A stretch of DNA of 64,000 nt from Bdellovibrionota bacterium (GCA_044356295.1 JBIKWN010000009.1:912-64911); one strand, 5' to 3'. Positions 20,385 to 30,787 are shown, numbered from the stretch's first letter. Program-made: numbers and translations. The notes: a model not told the origin generated them from the letters alone.

Positions 20385-22208
20385 TTAATCAAGTTCAAAT
20401 GTTTTCATCCAATCTTCATTATCATCAAATTTTGGCTGATTACCTTTGAGCATAATAAAGTTATTAAAAACAAGTGCATCCATCTCTGTTCGCATAAAAC
20501 ATCGATATGCATCTTTTGGTGTTGCAACGATTGGTTCACCACGTACATTGAATGATGTATTAACCAGAACACTGCAGCCCGTTTTTTTCTTCCATTTTGT
20601 AAGAAGCTCATGGAATCTCGGATGAGAATCCTTTGCAACAGTTTGAACTCTCGCTGAATAATCCACGTGCGTAATTGCAGGAAGATCAGATTTTGGGACA
20701 TTGAGTTTTTCAATTCCGAAAAGCTTTTCTTGCTCAGCAGTCATTGCAAATCTTCGTTTTTTCTCGACTGGAGCAACCATCAACATGTACGGTGAATCTG
20801 CATTCATTTCAAAGTATTCAGAAACATCTTCACGCAAAACTGCTGGAGCAAATGGTCTAAATGATTCTCTAAATTTTATTTTTAAGTTCATTGTTGATTG
20901 CATCTCTTTAGAGCGGGGATCTCCAATAATACTTCTATTTCCGAGAGCTCGAGGACCAAACTCCATCCGACCTTGGCACCATCCAATTATTTTTCCTTCT
21001 TCTAGAATCTCAATGGACTTGGCAAATAATGCCTCATCATCTAACTGTGAGAAAACAGCTCCGTGTGATGATAGTGCATCGATGATCTCTGCATCAGAAT
21101 ATTGAGGGCCTAACAATGAATTTTTCTGAAGATCATTTTTTCCATCAGTCTTTCTTTCATTACCAAGGAACCCATACCAACAACAAAGTGCTGCGCCGAG
21201 CGCTCCACCAGCGTCACCTGATGCCGGTTGAACCCAGACGGTATCAAAGATATTTGCCGCAAGTATTTTGCCGTTGCCAACACAGTTAAGTGCAACACCA
21301 CCTGCCATACAAAGATTTTTTGAACCTGTTTCTTTTCTTAGATAACGAGCTTGGCGAAGCATCGCTTCTTCAGTGACTACTTGAACAGAAGCGGCAAGAT
21401 CCATCTCACGTTGTGTAAGAGGAGATTCTGCCTGACGACGAGGTCCATCAAATAAGTCTGCAAACTTATCATTAGTCATGGATAGACCTTCCATGTAATT
21501 GAAATAATCGAGATTTAAATGGAATGATCCATCATCTTTCAAGTCAATTATGTGTTCAAAGATCTGTTTTACGTATTTCGGCTCGCCGTATGGCGCTAAT
21601 CCCATCACTTTATACTCACCGGAATTTACTTTGAATCCAGTAAAATAAGTAAATGCAGAGTAGAGTAGTCCTAACGAATGCGGAAATTTAATATCCTTAA
21701 ATATTGAGAAATGATTTCCCTTTCCGTACCCAAGACTATTTGTAGTCCACTCTCCTACTCCATCAATAGTTAGAATTGCCGCTTCTTCAAATGGAGACGG
21801 ATAATAAGCACTTCCAGCATGACTTTGATGGTGTTCGGTAAAAAGAATTTCGCCTTTAAACCCAAGCTCAGACTTAATAGCGTCAGGCATCCACAGTTTT
21901 TCTTTGAGCCAAAGAGGCATCGCTTGAGCGTAAGAAGTAAAGCCTTTAGGAGAAGTTGCAACATAGGTTTGCATTAATCGTTCAAACTTCAGTAATGGCT
22001 TGTCATAGAAAACAACGTAATCAACATCATCAATACCGATACCAGCTTCTTTTAAGCAGTAGTCAGAGGCATTTTTAGGGAAGTTAAAATCATGTTTCTT
22101 TCTAGTGAAACGCTCCTCCTGAGCAGCCGCTATAATTTCACCATCTATAACCAATGCTGCTGCACTGTCATGATAGTACGCTGAAATACCTAAGATTTTC
22201 TTCGACAT
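20385..22208 (-). CDS. O-carbamoyltransferase (NodU/CmcH family)
   Basis: ILGISAYYHDSAAAL, QEERFTR, EHHQSHA, EFGPRALGNRS, RESFRPFAP, NTSFNVRGEPIV. Confidence 0.95.
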   Translation of the reverse strand: MSKKILGISAYYHDSAAALVIDGEIIAAAQEERFTRKKHDFNFPKNASDYCLKEAGIGIDDVDYVVFYDKPLLKFERLMQTYVATSPKGFTSYAQAMPLWLKEKLWMPDAIKSELGFKGEILFTEHHQSHAGSAYYPSPFEEAAILTIDGVGEWTTNSLGYGKGNHFSIFKDIKFPHSLGLLYSAFTYFTGFKVNSGEYKVMGLAPYGEPKYVKQIFEHIIDLKDDGSFHLNLDYFNYMEGLSMTNDKFADLFDGPRRQAESPLTQREMDLAASVQVVTEEAMLRQARYLRKETGSKNLCMAGGVALNCVGNGKILAANIFDTVWVQPASGDAGGALGAALCCWYGFLGNERKTDGKNDLQKNSLLGPQYSDAEIIDALSSHGAVFSQLDDEALFAKSIEILEEGKIIGWCQGRMEFGPRALGNRSIIGDPRSKEMQSTMNLKIKFRESFRPFAPAVLREDVSEYFEMNADSPYMLMVAPVEKKRRFAMTAEQEKLFGIEKLNVPKSDLPAITHVDYSARVQTVAKDSHPRFHELLTKWKKKTGCSVLVNTSFNVRGEPIVATPKDAYRCFMRTEMDALVFNNFIMLKGNQPKFDDNEDWMKTFELD

Positions 22209-22310
22209 ACGACCCTATTTTTACCGCGTCTAGATAAAAGAGTCCAATTACCAGCCAAGAATCCATAGAGTTCCACTTTTTGCTAAGAATACTGTACCTT
22301 ATGAGCCGTC

Positions 22311-23105
22311 ATGAACTTAGATAAGACTTCCTATTCTGTATCAGCTTTCATTGTTTGTATGAACGAAGAGAGCCAAATTAAACGCTGCCTAGAAAGTGTG
22401 TCTTGGTGCAATGAAATTGTAATCGTTGATAGCGGTTCAACTGACCGTACGTTAGAAATCTGCAAACAATTTTCTGATAAAATTTTATTTAGAAGTTGGA
22501 CCGGATACGTTGAGCAGAAAGCCTATGCATTACAGCAGTGCACAAGTGATTGGGTTCTTAATATAGATGCGGATGAAGAAGTGTCAGATGAATTAAAAAA
22601 CGAAATAATTAATTTACTTCAACAAGATAAAAAAGAACGTATCCCTTTCAATGGCTTTCAATGTTCACGAGTTGTTTTTTACCTTAATCGTTGGTGGAGA
22701 CATGGAGGATGGTATCCTGAATTTCGTCTTAGATTATGTAGACGTACAGATACATCTTGGGGAGGTGTAGACCCTCACGAAAAAGCTCTTGTTCAAGGTG
22801 CTACCAAAAAACTAAAAGGTGAGCTTTACCACTATACGTATTCTGATATGAAGGATCAGATTAATCGCTTAAATAAATTCTCTACCTCTGCTGCAAAAAG
22901 TATTTTCAATCATGGACATCGAACCAATGTCCTTGAAATCCTGGGTCGCCCTATTTTTAGATTTATGAAGTTCTATCTTTTTAAACAAGGTTTTCGAGAT
23001 GGTACTTCTGGATTAATCGTTGCTCTCATTGAGTCTTACTATGTGTTTTTAAAGTATGCGAAAGTTTGGGAGCTACAACGAGAAGCGAGGGCGAAAGAAA
23101 AATAA
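22311..23105 (+). CDS. Glycosyltransferase family 2 (WaaE/KdtX-like)
   Basis: NEE, VDSGSTDRT, DADE, HYTY, GFRDG..GL, YVFLKYAK. Confidence 0.9.
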   Translation: MNLDKTSYSVSAFIVCMNEESQIKRCLESVSWCNEIVIVDSGSTDRTLEICKQFSDKILFRSWTGYVEQKAYALQQCTSDWVLNIDADEEVSDELKNEIINLLQQDKKERIPFNGFQCSRVVFYLNRWWRHGGWYPEFRLRLCRRTDTSWGGVDPHEKALVQGATKKLKGELYHYTYSDMKDQINRLNKFSTSAAKSIFNHGHRTNVLEILGRPIFRFMKFYLFKQGFRDGTSGLIVALIESYYVFLKYAKVWELQREARAKEK

Positions 23106-23205
23106 GTTAGAATTTTTTTTAAGCCGACTTAAGATAAATTTGCCTCGTTGTTTTGTTCAAATCTTCTCAGCCTATTTTTTTCCGGCTTACTCATACTATC
23201 TAAAT

Positions 23206-23279
23206 TCGGGCTGAGAAGATTTGAACTTCCGACCTCTCCCACCCCAAGGGAACGCGCTACCAGTCTGCGCTACAGCCCG
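23206..23279 (-). tRNA. tRNA-Pro(GGG)
   Basis: CGGGCTGTAGCGCAG...TTCCC-TTGGGGT-GGGAG...GTTCAAATC...CAGCCCGA cloverleaf; CCA not encoded. Confidence 0.95.
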
Positions 23280-23385
23280 ACGTTGTTTAGTCTAGCCTAA
23301 TGAAAATTTGATTTAAAGTGTTTTAACTTTGGTATTTTTGCAAGGATAGCAATGGCAAGTTATAATAATTCTGAAAAATAATCCC

Positions 23386-23458
<73 letters not shown>

Positions 23459-23628
23459 CTCGACTCGCTTTGCTCGCTCGTGGCAGAGCCTTTCTGTGAC
23501 TGAGATCAGTTGAGGTTAATTTGATTTTGACTGTCATTCCTTTCTTTTCTCTGTTTAATCAAAATTAAAATAATAAACAATCTACTGACGTTAAAAAGTT
23601 AATTTGCTATCTTGTAGCGACTAATTAC

Positions 23629-24495
23629 ATGTCCCACTCAAATGCTGCTTCAGAACCTATTGATTTTTCTACTGAAGAAAAAATAGTAGTACGTCCATTT
23701 TTAAAATGGGTTGGTGGTAAATCACAACTTATACCGAATTTGATTCATCGGTTACCTCAATCGTTTAAAAATTATATTGAGCCATTTACAGGCGGAGGGG
23801 CACTTTTTTTTCACCTTCAACCTGCTCATGCAATTCTTGCTGATATCAACAGTGAACTTATAAATGCATACCTTGCGATAAGAGACGATGTTGAAGGTGT
23901 CATCAAGGAATTACTTATACACAAATACGAAAAAGACTACTTTTATGAAGTACGTTCATGGGATCGACTAGAGACATTTTCAAGTTTGCATCGGAACAAG
24001 CGGGCAGCACGTTTAATTTATCTTAATAAAACATGCTTTAACGGTTTATATAGAGTGAACTCAAAAGGTCATTTCAATGTGCCTTTCGGAAAATATACTA
24101 ACCCAACTATTACTAATTCGGATAATCTACGAAAATGTAGCCAAGTTTTGCAGGGCGTAGAATTAAAATGTGAAGAATATAGAAAGGTCGCTGAATCTGC
24201 TAAAGCAGGCGACTTAGTCTACTTCGATCCACCTTATATGCCTTTATCATCTACTTCAAATTTTACCGCTTATACCAAGAACGGTTTTGACGAAGATGCT
24301 CAAAGTAACCTCATGGAATTGTGTAAATCCTTAGATAAAAAAGGTGTTTACTTCATGCTGTCGAACTCTTCGGCTCCTTTGATTCTTGATTTATATAAGA
24401 ATTTTTATATGGATCTTATCGAAGCAAATAGATCAATCAATTCAGTAGGGAGTAGCAGAGGTCCAGTGCACGAGGTAATTGTTAGAAATTTCTAG
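23629..24495 (+). CDS. Dam-family DNA adenine methyltransferase (orphan)
   Basis: LKWVGGK, EPFTGGG, LNKTCFNGLYRVN, YFDPPY; no adjacent endonuclease. Confidence 0.92.
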   Translation: MSHSNAASEPIDFSTEEKIVVRPFLKWVGGKSQLIPNLIHRLPQSFKNYIEPFTGGGALFFHLQPAHAILADINSELINAYLAIRDDVEGVIKELLIHKYEKDYFYEVRSWDRLETFSSLHRNKRAARLIYLNKTCFNGLYRVNSKGHFNVPFGKYTNPTITNSDNLRKCSQVLQGVELKCEEYRKVAESAKAGDLVYFDPPYMPLSSTSNFTAYTKNGFDEDAQSNLMELCKSLDKKGVYFMLSNSSAPLILDLYKNFYMDLIEANRSINSVGSSRGPVHEVIVRNF

Positions 24496-24707
24496 AATGA
24501 GTGATGAAGTATTAATCTGAGCTGCACCGTACTCTTCTATTCATGGACATAATGGTAAAACCGAGTTCTTAGCGCTGTCTCAAAGATTATCCCTTAGTAT
24601 TCGGATTGAATGTAAAAGGCAGCAAGAGATCGGCTCATTCTGCAAGACCTATCAGATCAGAGCTAAAACCATTTCTTTCTCGCACTATTTTAGGGCTTCA
24701 ATAATTA

Positions 24708-26777
24708 TTATTTATTTGCCTGTCCTAACCTACTCATAGCTATAGCAGAAAGATCATTTAAGTTACCAATTTGTTGAGATACTTTCAGTCCAGCACCGTT
24801 TACTTTTGTTTGAACAAGTTTAGCAACTGCATCAGGATCATTAATTGAACGGGTGCCGATTTCTTTAGCTGCTGCTATAAAGGCAAGTCCAACTCCTCGA
24901 AGCATTTCCATGTTATCAACAACAAACCTAAATGCTTTATCTAATCCATTTAAGTTATCATCAATTTGTGCCTGTAGTGCTTTAATGTCTGCTAACATTT
25001 TAAAAGCATCAGGTCGATTTTTTATTGTTCTCGTTGCTTCAAAAAGAGTTAGATAATCTTTGGAGCTTCCTTTTCTGCCAGTAGATTCAACTACTGTAGC
25101 TGTACTATTATATATGGTGAAGTTATCCTGACCATTAAATAGATTATTTCCCGTAATGAATTCTTTCAAACCATCATTATTCGGATCGACAAATGTACCT
25201 GCATTTGCTCCAACTGCTGTATTTGAAGACACTGCTGCTGAAAATGTGCCGTTTCCGTTACCAAATGAAGTATAAATTTTTCTATCGGTCGCGCTTAGTG
25301 AAACGATATCCAGATTACCATCATTATTAATATCTGAGGAGTAGGTGGCATTTATATTTGAAAATGCCCCAATTGATGTCGATGCTGAATAGGTGCCTGT
25401 GGAATTTATCCAGACTCGCATTTGTCCAGTTGTTGAATCATTCGCAAAAAGATCTGTAAACCCATCGTTATTCAAGTCGGCCGATTGAAGATTTGAAGAG
25501 ATAGTTTGCGCATCTGCTAAGGTCTGATTGAGCGTGAAGTTACCAATTCCATCGTTTGTATAAATTCTTAAACCTGAGTCAGTTGATACAATAATATCGT
25601 TGCTTCCATCATTATTGGTATCGAAGACATTTAAGCCAGTTATGTTTGACCCAAGCGTATCTATCGTATAAATTGTAGTATCATATTCGCCAGTGCCTTT
25701 TCCAGACTGCACATACAAGATATTATCTCTGGCAATGATTAGGTCTGTACCGGCTGAGACATCCCCTGTTTCCACGCCGACTGATAAAATTTTATTTACT
25801 AGTCCACTGCCAGTACTTACCACGGTAGAAACAGAAGCTCCAAAACTCCCATCAGTATTACTTAAGAGTGTATAACTAACGATATTATTTGCTCCGTCAT
25901 CTGCAGCAATAGTTATATCGTCTCGTCCATCACCGTCGTAATCGACAACCGATAATCCAGCAAATGTATCTCCAGAAATTGCAAAATCATAAGTTACCGT
26001 AGCTTTATACGTCCCATCACCATTACCAATAGCCACAGCAACTCTTCCTTTCGAATTTAAAAAAACAAGATCACTAATCGTATCATCATTGAAGTGACCA
26101 CTTTTCGTATCAGTTATATTTTGACCTCCTCCAATTGTCCTACTCGAACTAGCATAAAAAGTCCCATCACCATTATTATACGTCGTCCGAATAGTTGTCT
26201 GATAAGCAGATTGAGGAACACGAATCGGACGAATTGCCTGTGATGCATCAGTCGCCTGAACATCTTTTCCATCAGAATTAGTTTTAAAACTAAATTTCTC
26301 TAAAAGTTCTGCAAATGTTTTTGACTTATCTTTATCAAACCCAAGCCTTTCAAAGATTTTAAGGAAATCATCTTTCTTTATTCCGTCATAACTTCGATTC
26401 GAAGCAGAGGCTAAGACACGAGTAAATTGCGTCGCTAATGTTTCAAAATCTGAATTTAAAGAGGTTCGTGTCGACTGACCAATACCGCCTTTGGTTGCTT
26501 TCGTTACAACCTCAACCATGTCTTCGGTTATAGTTCTTAATTTAGTAAGATCACTTCTGGTAATATTTACAAAACTTATCAACGAATTAAGGCTAGCTAT
26601 TCCATTTGAAAAAACTCTGGCACCATTTGATAGTCCAGAAATTGTAGCGGTTACAGCTGCCCTACTTTCAGTTTGAATCTGCTTGCTATTAGTTCCAGAG
26701 GTAGATTTAACCTCTCCCCCAGAGAGGCGCTGCAAGAACTTTGCATTAAGAACTGATGATACACTTGTATATGCCAC
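24708..26777 (-). CDS. Flagellin-like protein with central FG-GAP/VCBS repeats
   Basis: Helical N- and C-terminal regions resembling degenerate flagellin D0/D1; repeats DxNxDGxxD and GNGDGTF; sigma28 promoter upstream. Confidence 0.7.
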   Translation of the reverse strand: MAYTSVSSVLNAKFLQRLSGGEVKSTSGTNSKQIQTESRAAVTATISGLSNGARVFSNGIASLNSLISFVNITRSDLTKLRTITEDMVEVVTKATKGGIGQSTRTSLNSDFETLATQFTRVLASASNRSYDGIKKDDFLKIFERLGFDKDKSKTFAELLEKFSFKTNSDGKDVQATDASQAIRPIRVPQSAYQTTIRTTYNNGDGTFYASSSRTIGGGQNITDTKSGHFNDDTISDLVFLNSKGRVAVAIGNGDGTYKATVTYDFAISGDTFAGLSVVDYDGDGRDDITIAADDGANNIVSYTLLSNTDGSFGASVSTVVSTGSGLVNKILSVGVETGDVSAGTDLIIARDNILYVQSGKGTGEYDTTIYTIDTLGSNITGLNVFDTNNDGSNDIIVSTDSGLRIYTNDGIGNFTLNQTLADAQTISSNLQSADLNNDGFTDLFANDSTTGQMRVWINSTGTYSASTSIGAFSNINATYSSDINNDGNLDIVSLSATDRKIYTSFGNGNGTFSAAVSSNTAVGANAGTFVDPNNDGLKEFITGNNLFNGQDNFTIYNSTATVVESTGRKGSSKDYLTLFEATRTIKNRPDAFKMLADIKALQAQIDDNLNGLDKAFRFVVDNMEMLRGVGLAFIAAAKEIGTRSINDPDAVAKLVQTKVNGAGLKVSQQIGNLNDLSAIAMSRLGQANK

Positions 26778-26827
26778 GTGTTCGGTTACCCTTCATCCTT
26801 GATAGGTTTATGAACTCGCTGCATGAT

Positions 26828-26854
26828 AGATCGGCAAAAATTACCCATTTTTTA
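26828..26854 (-). promoter_or_regulatory. sigma28 (FliA) promoter
   Basis: TAAA-N15-GCCGATCT on the minus strand, upstream of the FG-GAP flagellin-like gene. Confidence 0.75.
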
Positions 26855-26928
26855 AGCACTTTTTCTTATTTGAAGAGATCTGTTGCAAAAGATATGCTCA
26901 GGGCTGATATTTTTTTGTTAGGAATACT

Positions 26929-27927
26929 GTGAAAAAACGTGCAGTTACAGGAATACGACCATCAGGCGATTTACACTTAGGAAACTACTTAGGGGCAATA
27001 AAGCCTGCTTTGACGCTGCAAAATGAATACGACTGTATTTTTTTTGTTGCTGACCTTCATGCATTAACCACAATGCGAGATGGTAAAAAACTCTCTGAAT
27101 ATAGCTATGACATAATCGCCACCTGGATTGCTTTAGGATTAGATTGCGAGAAACATCTTTTGTTTCGCCAATCTGATATTCCTTTTGTTACTGAATACGC
27201 ATGGTACTTAAGTTGTGTAACTGGAGTTGGATTCTTAGAGAAAGCACATGCGTATAAAGACGCTGCTGCTCAAGCCAAAGAAGTTAATCACGGCGTTTTT
27301 GCTTATCCAGTATTAATGGCTGCAGATATTCTTCTGTATGAACCAGATGTTGTTCCCGTTGGTAAGGATCAAAAACAGCATGTTGAAATGGCAAGAAATA
27401 TGGCTGGATCTTTTAACTCAGCTTTTAAAGCAGATCTTATTAAACTTCCAGAACCACTCATCGATGAAACTGTTATGACTATACCAGGGCTCGATGGCAG
27501 AAAAATGTCTAAATCATATGATAACTATGTGCCACTCTTTGCAGAGGAAAAAGCACTAAGAAAAAAAATTATGTCTCTTGTTACTGATTCTTCCTCTCAA
27601 GAAGAACCAAAAACATTGGATGGAACAGTTGTAGGAGATCTCTTTAAGTTATTTGCATCAATGGAAGAATACAGTGAGCTTAAATCCTTACTTGCAAAAG
27701 GCGGTATGGGATGGGGACATGCAAAAGAGGCTCTCTTTGTGGCAATTAATAAAGATATCTCGGAGGCACGAAGTAAATATCTTTCACTCAAAAAAGATAC
27801 GAAAACCCTCGATGCTATTATTGCACGCTCGACTGAGCGTGCGTATGAAATTGCAAAATTAAATCTGAATAAACTTAGAAAAGTGATCGGAAACAATCCA
27901 GAACCGTATCAGTTTAAACTTCCTTAA
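26929..27927 (+). CDS. trpS: Tryptophan-tRNA ligase
   Basis: TGIRPSGDLHLGNY, YPVLMAADIL, VPVGKDQKQH, KMSKS. Confidence 0.97.
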   Translation: MKKRAVTGIRPSGDLHLGNYLGAIKPALTLQNEYDCIFFVADLHALTTMRDGKKLSEYSYDIIATWIALGLDCEKHLLFRQSDIPFVTEYAWYLSCVTGVGFLEKAHAYKDAAAQAKEVNHGVFAYPVLMAADILLYEPDVVPVGKDQKQHVEMARNMAGSFNSAFKADLIKLPEPLIDETVMTIPGLDGRKMSKSYDNYVPLFAEEKALRKKIMSLVTDSSSQEEPKTLDGTVVGDLFKLFASMEEYSELKSLLAKGGMGWGHAKEALFVAINKDISEARSKYLSLKKDTKTLDAIIARSTERAYEIAKLNLNKLRKVIGNNPEPYQFKLP

Positions 27928-28787
27928 CCTCTAAGAAGCTGAAGCACTAACTGCGGTTGTTGGTTTGCCTGAGCAAGAATCGCTACACCTGCCTGTTGGA
28001 GAATATTTAAACGGGTAAGTTCAGCTGATTCTGCTGCGACATCAACATCTCGAATTACTGATTCAGCATTCTGGAAATTTTGTCGTGCAACTTGTAAGTT
28101 CTCAATTGTAGTAGACAGTCGGCTCTCTGCAGCTCCCAATGTACCTCTGTTTCTTGATATGGAAACAATCGCTCCTTTAATTGCATCAAGTGCTAATCGA
28201 GCAGCAGATTGTGATTCAATATCCGCAGTACCAATAATCGAATAAAGAGGATTAGACGTTCCCGAAGCAGCAAGCCCAATTGAAGCAAGAGTTGCTTGTA
28301 CTCCGGAATATGTAATCTGAGATATCGAAGTTCCATCAAAACCAACTTGGAATACAACGTTTCCACCTCCGGAGAGTAGCTTTAATCCGTTGAACTCTGT
28401 GGTATAAGCAACTCGCTCTACTTCACTCATCAGAGCGTTAAACTCTAGTGATAGCGCAGAACGTTGTGAGTTACTAAATACACCGTTGGCTGATTGTTGA
28501 GAAAGCTCTGCAAGTCTACTAAGGATGTTTGTTATCTGTGCAATCGCACCATCGGTAATACTGATAATCGAAATACCATCGTTTGCGTTTCGGATACCAA
28601 CTGAAGCCACTCGGGAATCAGCTTTTAAGCTCTCTGCAATCGCTAACCCAGCAGCATCATCTTTTGCTCGGTTAATCCTTAATCCACTCGATAAACGCTC
28701 ATATGAAGTATTGAGTCGTTCAGTTGCAGAGTTCAAATTTCTTTGAGCTGCAAGAGAGGGAACGTTTGTTCGTATATTAAGTGCCAT
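27924..28787 (-). CDS. fliC: Flagellin
   Basis: RLSSGLRINRAKDDAAGLAI, RGTLGA, IRDVDVA.E, ILQQAG..ILAQANQ. Confidence 0.96.
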   Translation of the reverse strand: MALNIRTNVPSLAAQRNLNSATERLNTSYERLSSGLRINRAKDDAAGLAIAESLKADSRVASVGIRNANDGISIISITDGAIAQITNILSRLAELSQQSANGVFSNSQRSALSLEFNALMSEVERVAYTTEFNGLKLLSGGGNVVFQVGFDGTSISQITYSGVQATLASIGLAASGTSNPLYSIIGTADIESQSAARLALDAIKGAIVSISRNRGTLGAAESRLSTTIENLQVARQNFQNAESVIRDVDVAAESAELTRLNILQQAGVAILAQANQQPQLVLQLLRG

Positions 28788-28861
28788 ATTGCAAAGTCCT
28801 TTTTATATCCGATACTTCAAATCCTTATGAAGTATGTTCGATTACTACGTACTACTAACTA

Positions 28862-29725
28862 CTATCCTCTGAGTAACTGAAGTGCTAACTGCGGTTGGTT
28901 ATTAGCCTGCGCAAGTACTGCAGCACCAGCCTGTTGAAGAATATTGAGTCGAGTCAATTCTGCAGACTCACTCGCAACGTCAACGTCTCGAATACGGCTT
29001 TCAGCAGCTTGGAAGTTTTCACGAGCAACTTGTAAGTTGTTAATGGTAACTTCGAGTCGGCTTTCAGCAGCACCCAGTGCTCCTCGGTTTCTGTTAACAG
29101 ACTGAATCGCTGCGTTGATTGCATCAAGTGCTATACGTGCAGCTGATTGAGATTGAGAGTCAGTTGATCCGATAATCGAGTAAAGAGGTGAAGATGATCC
29201 AGCTTGTGCAAGACCAAGTGCTTCAAGTGTTGCTGCAACACCTTGATAACTTACCTGCGAAGTTGATGTTCCATCAAATCCGACCTGGAAAGTTACCTGA
29301 CCACCACCTGATAAAAGGTATAGACCGTTAAATTTAGTTGTAAACGCAATCCTTTCAAGCTCGGATGTTAATGCTTGGAATTCGTTATTCAACGCGGAAC
29401 GTTGAGTGTTTCCGTACACGCCGTTCGCTGACTGTTGTGCAAGTTCAGACAGACGACTCAGTACGTTACCAATTTGTCCAATCGCTTGGTCGGCAATGTT
29501 AATGATTGAAATACCGTCGTTAGCGTTTCGAATACCTACTGTAGCAACTCGTGCATCAGCTTTTAACGCTTCGGCGATTGCAAGTCCTGCTGCATCGTCT
29601 TTTGCGCGGTTAATTCTTAAACCTGATGACAAACGTTCGTATGATTGGTTCAAACGATCACTTGCAGCATTCAGGTTCCTTTGTGCTGTCAACGATGGGA
29701 CGTTGGTTTTTAAGTTAATTGGCAT
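28862..29725 (-). CDS. fliC: Flagellin (tandem paralog)
   Basis: Same motifs; same 287-aa length as its neighbour. Confidence 0.96.
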   Translation of the reverse strand: MPINLKTNVPSLTAQRNLNAASDRLNQSYERLSSGLRINRAKDDAAGLAIAEALKADARVATVGIRNANDGISIINIADQAIGQIGNVLSRLSELAQQSANGVYGNTQRSALNNEFQALTSELERIAFTTKFNGLYLLSGGGQVTFQVGFDGTSTSQVSYQGVAATLEALGLAQAGSSSPLYSIIGSTDSQSQSAARIALDAINAAIQSVNRNRGALGAAESRLEVTINNLQVARENFQAAESRIRDVDVASESAELTRLNILQQAGAAVLAQANNQPQLALQLLRG

Positions 29726-29819
29726 TGCCTATTCTCCGTGGCAGTAAAAATTATTCCTTTAATGTGTACTACAAGCCTTTGGGAAAATATTTCCGTTTGG
29801 CTACACATGGGATAGCTAG

Positions 29820-29835
29820 TGCAAAAGGTTTGCCA
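29820..29835 (-). promoter_or_regulatory. sigma54 (-24/-12) promoter for the flagellin pair
   Basis: TGGCAA-ACCTT-TTGCA, with GG and GC separated by 10 nt. Confidence 0.7.
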
Positions 29836-29839
29836 ACAT

Positions 29840-30739
29840 TTATCCTTCCCCTTCGTAACCAGCTTTAAACTTAAGCACTCGTGCTACGTATTCCTGTGTT
29901 GTTGCAGGTAGGAATGTTTCAACGGCATTATAATCTGATGGATTCTTTCCTATCTTCTTTGCTCTCTCCTGAGCAGAGGCAACCCTTCCTTCACCTGCAT
30001 TGAAGGCAGCTACGGCAAATTTTTCCACATCAGTACCATTACTGCCGGCATTGGTATTTAGTTTATTAGGCAGCTCAGTTGATGCTGAGAAAATACCGTG
30101 AAGATATTTTAAGTAGTTTACCCCGAGGGTGGTATTTAAACTGGCATTAAATGGATCATACCGTTCTTCCATATCTAGTTTCGAATGAAGATGTTTACCG
30201 GTACTATCTAATAGCTGAAAAAGCCCCTTACTTGCATGACCATCTGTTGAAATCGCTTTTGGATTAAATGCAGACTCAGCTCGGGCTACTGCAAGAGCGA
30301 GTTGAGGATCAACTCCTTGTTGTAGGCCAGCATTATTAATAAGAGATGCTATCTCAGGTTTGGGAAGAATATTTGAATTTGAAGTGACTGATGAGTTCAC
30401 TCTCTTGGCAGAGACAATTGTTGGAGGCTTTAGATCCCCTGCCGAAATTTTGACACCTGGATAGGTCTCTCCTTCTCCTAATCTATCTAGTTTTGGTGAG
30501 GGAATTTCTAGTTTATAATTTTTAAAATCAAATCGACCCATTGCATCACTTGAGTCAAATTGAATCAGTGAAGGTGGGTCTTTCTCAGAAGCCTTTATTT
30601 CATCGATTTTATTAGGTTTTGGAGCTTCAAGCTCCCCGATTAAAGATGAGAACTTCTTACCAGCGTTCGGCTCAAGGGAAACAGGGACTGCTACCTGTCT
30701 AGAAACATCCTTAAAATTTCCTGTAAAAGTTACTTTCAT
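29840..30739 (-). CDS. Lytic transglycosylase (SLT domain)
   Basis: AVARAESAFNPKAIS, GLFQL, AAFNAGEG, TQEYVARV. Start set at the ATG at 30739 because the longer ORF overlaps a sigma54 site. Confidence 0.9.
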   Translation of the reverse strand: MKVTFTGNFKDVSRQVAVPVSLEPNAGKKFSSLIGELEAPKPNKIDEIKASEKDPPSLIQFDSSDAMGRFDFKNYKLEIPSPKLDRLGEGETYPGVKISAGDLKPPTIVSAKRVNSSVTSNSNILPKPEIASLINNAGLQQGVDPQLALAVARAESAFNPKAISTDGHASKGLFQLLDSTGKHLHSKLDMEERYDPFNASLNTTLGVNYLKYLHGIFSASTELPNKLNTNAGSNGTDVEKFAVAAFNAGEGRVASAQERAKKIGKNPSDYNAVETFLPATTQEYVARVLKFKAGYEGEG

Positions 30740-30771
30740 GCGATCTTGCTCATTGCTCTTAGGGGATATAG

Positions 30772-30787
30772 AGCAAAGCAAGTGCCA
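30772..30787 (-). promoter_or_regulatory. sigma54 promoter
   Basis: TGGCAC-TTGCT-TTGCT, a consensus match. Confidence 0.8.

Noticed and set aside
19924-22208. Saxitoxin biosynthesis (sxtI/sxtJ-like genes)
   Set aside because: Carbamoyltransferase plus SxtJ-family pairs are widespread. No sxtA/sxtG or other toxin genes are present, and I saw no sxtK-like small ORF.
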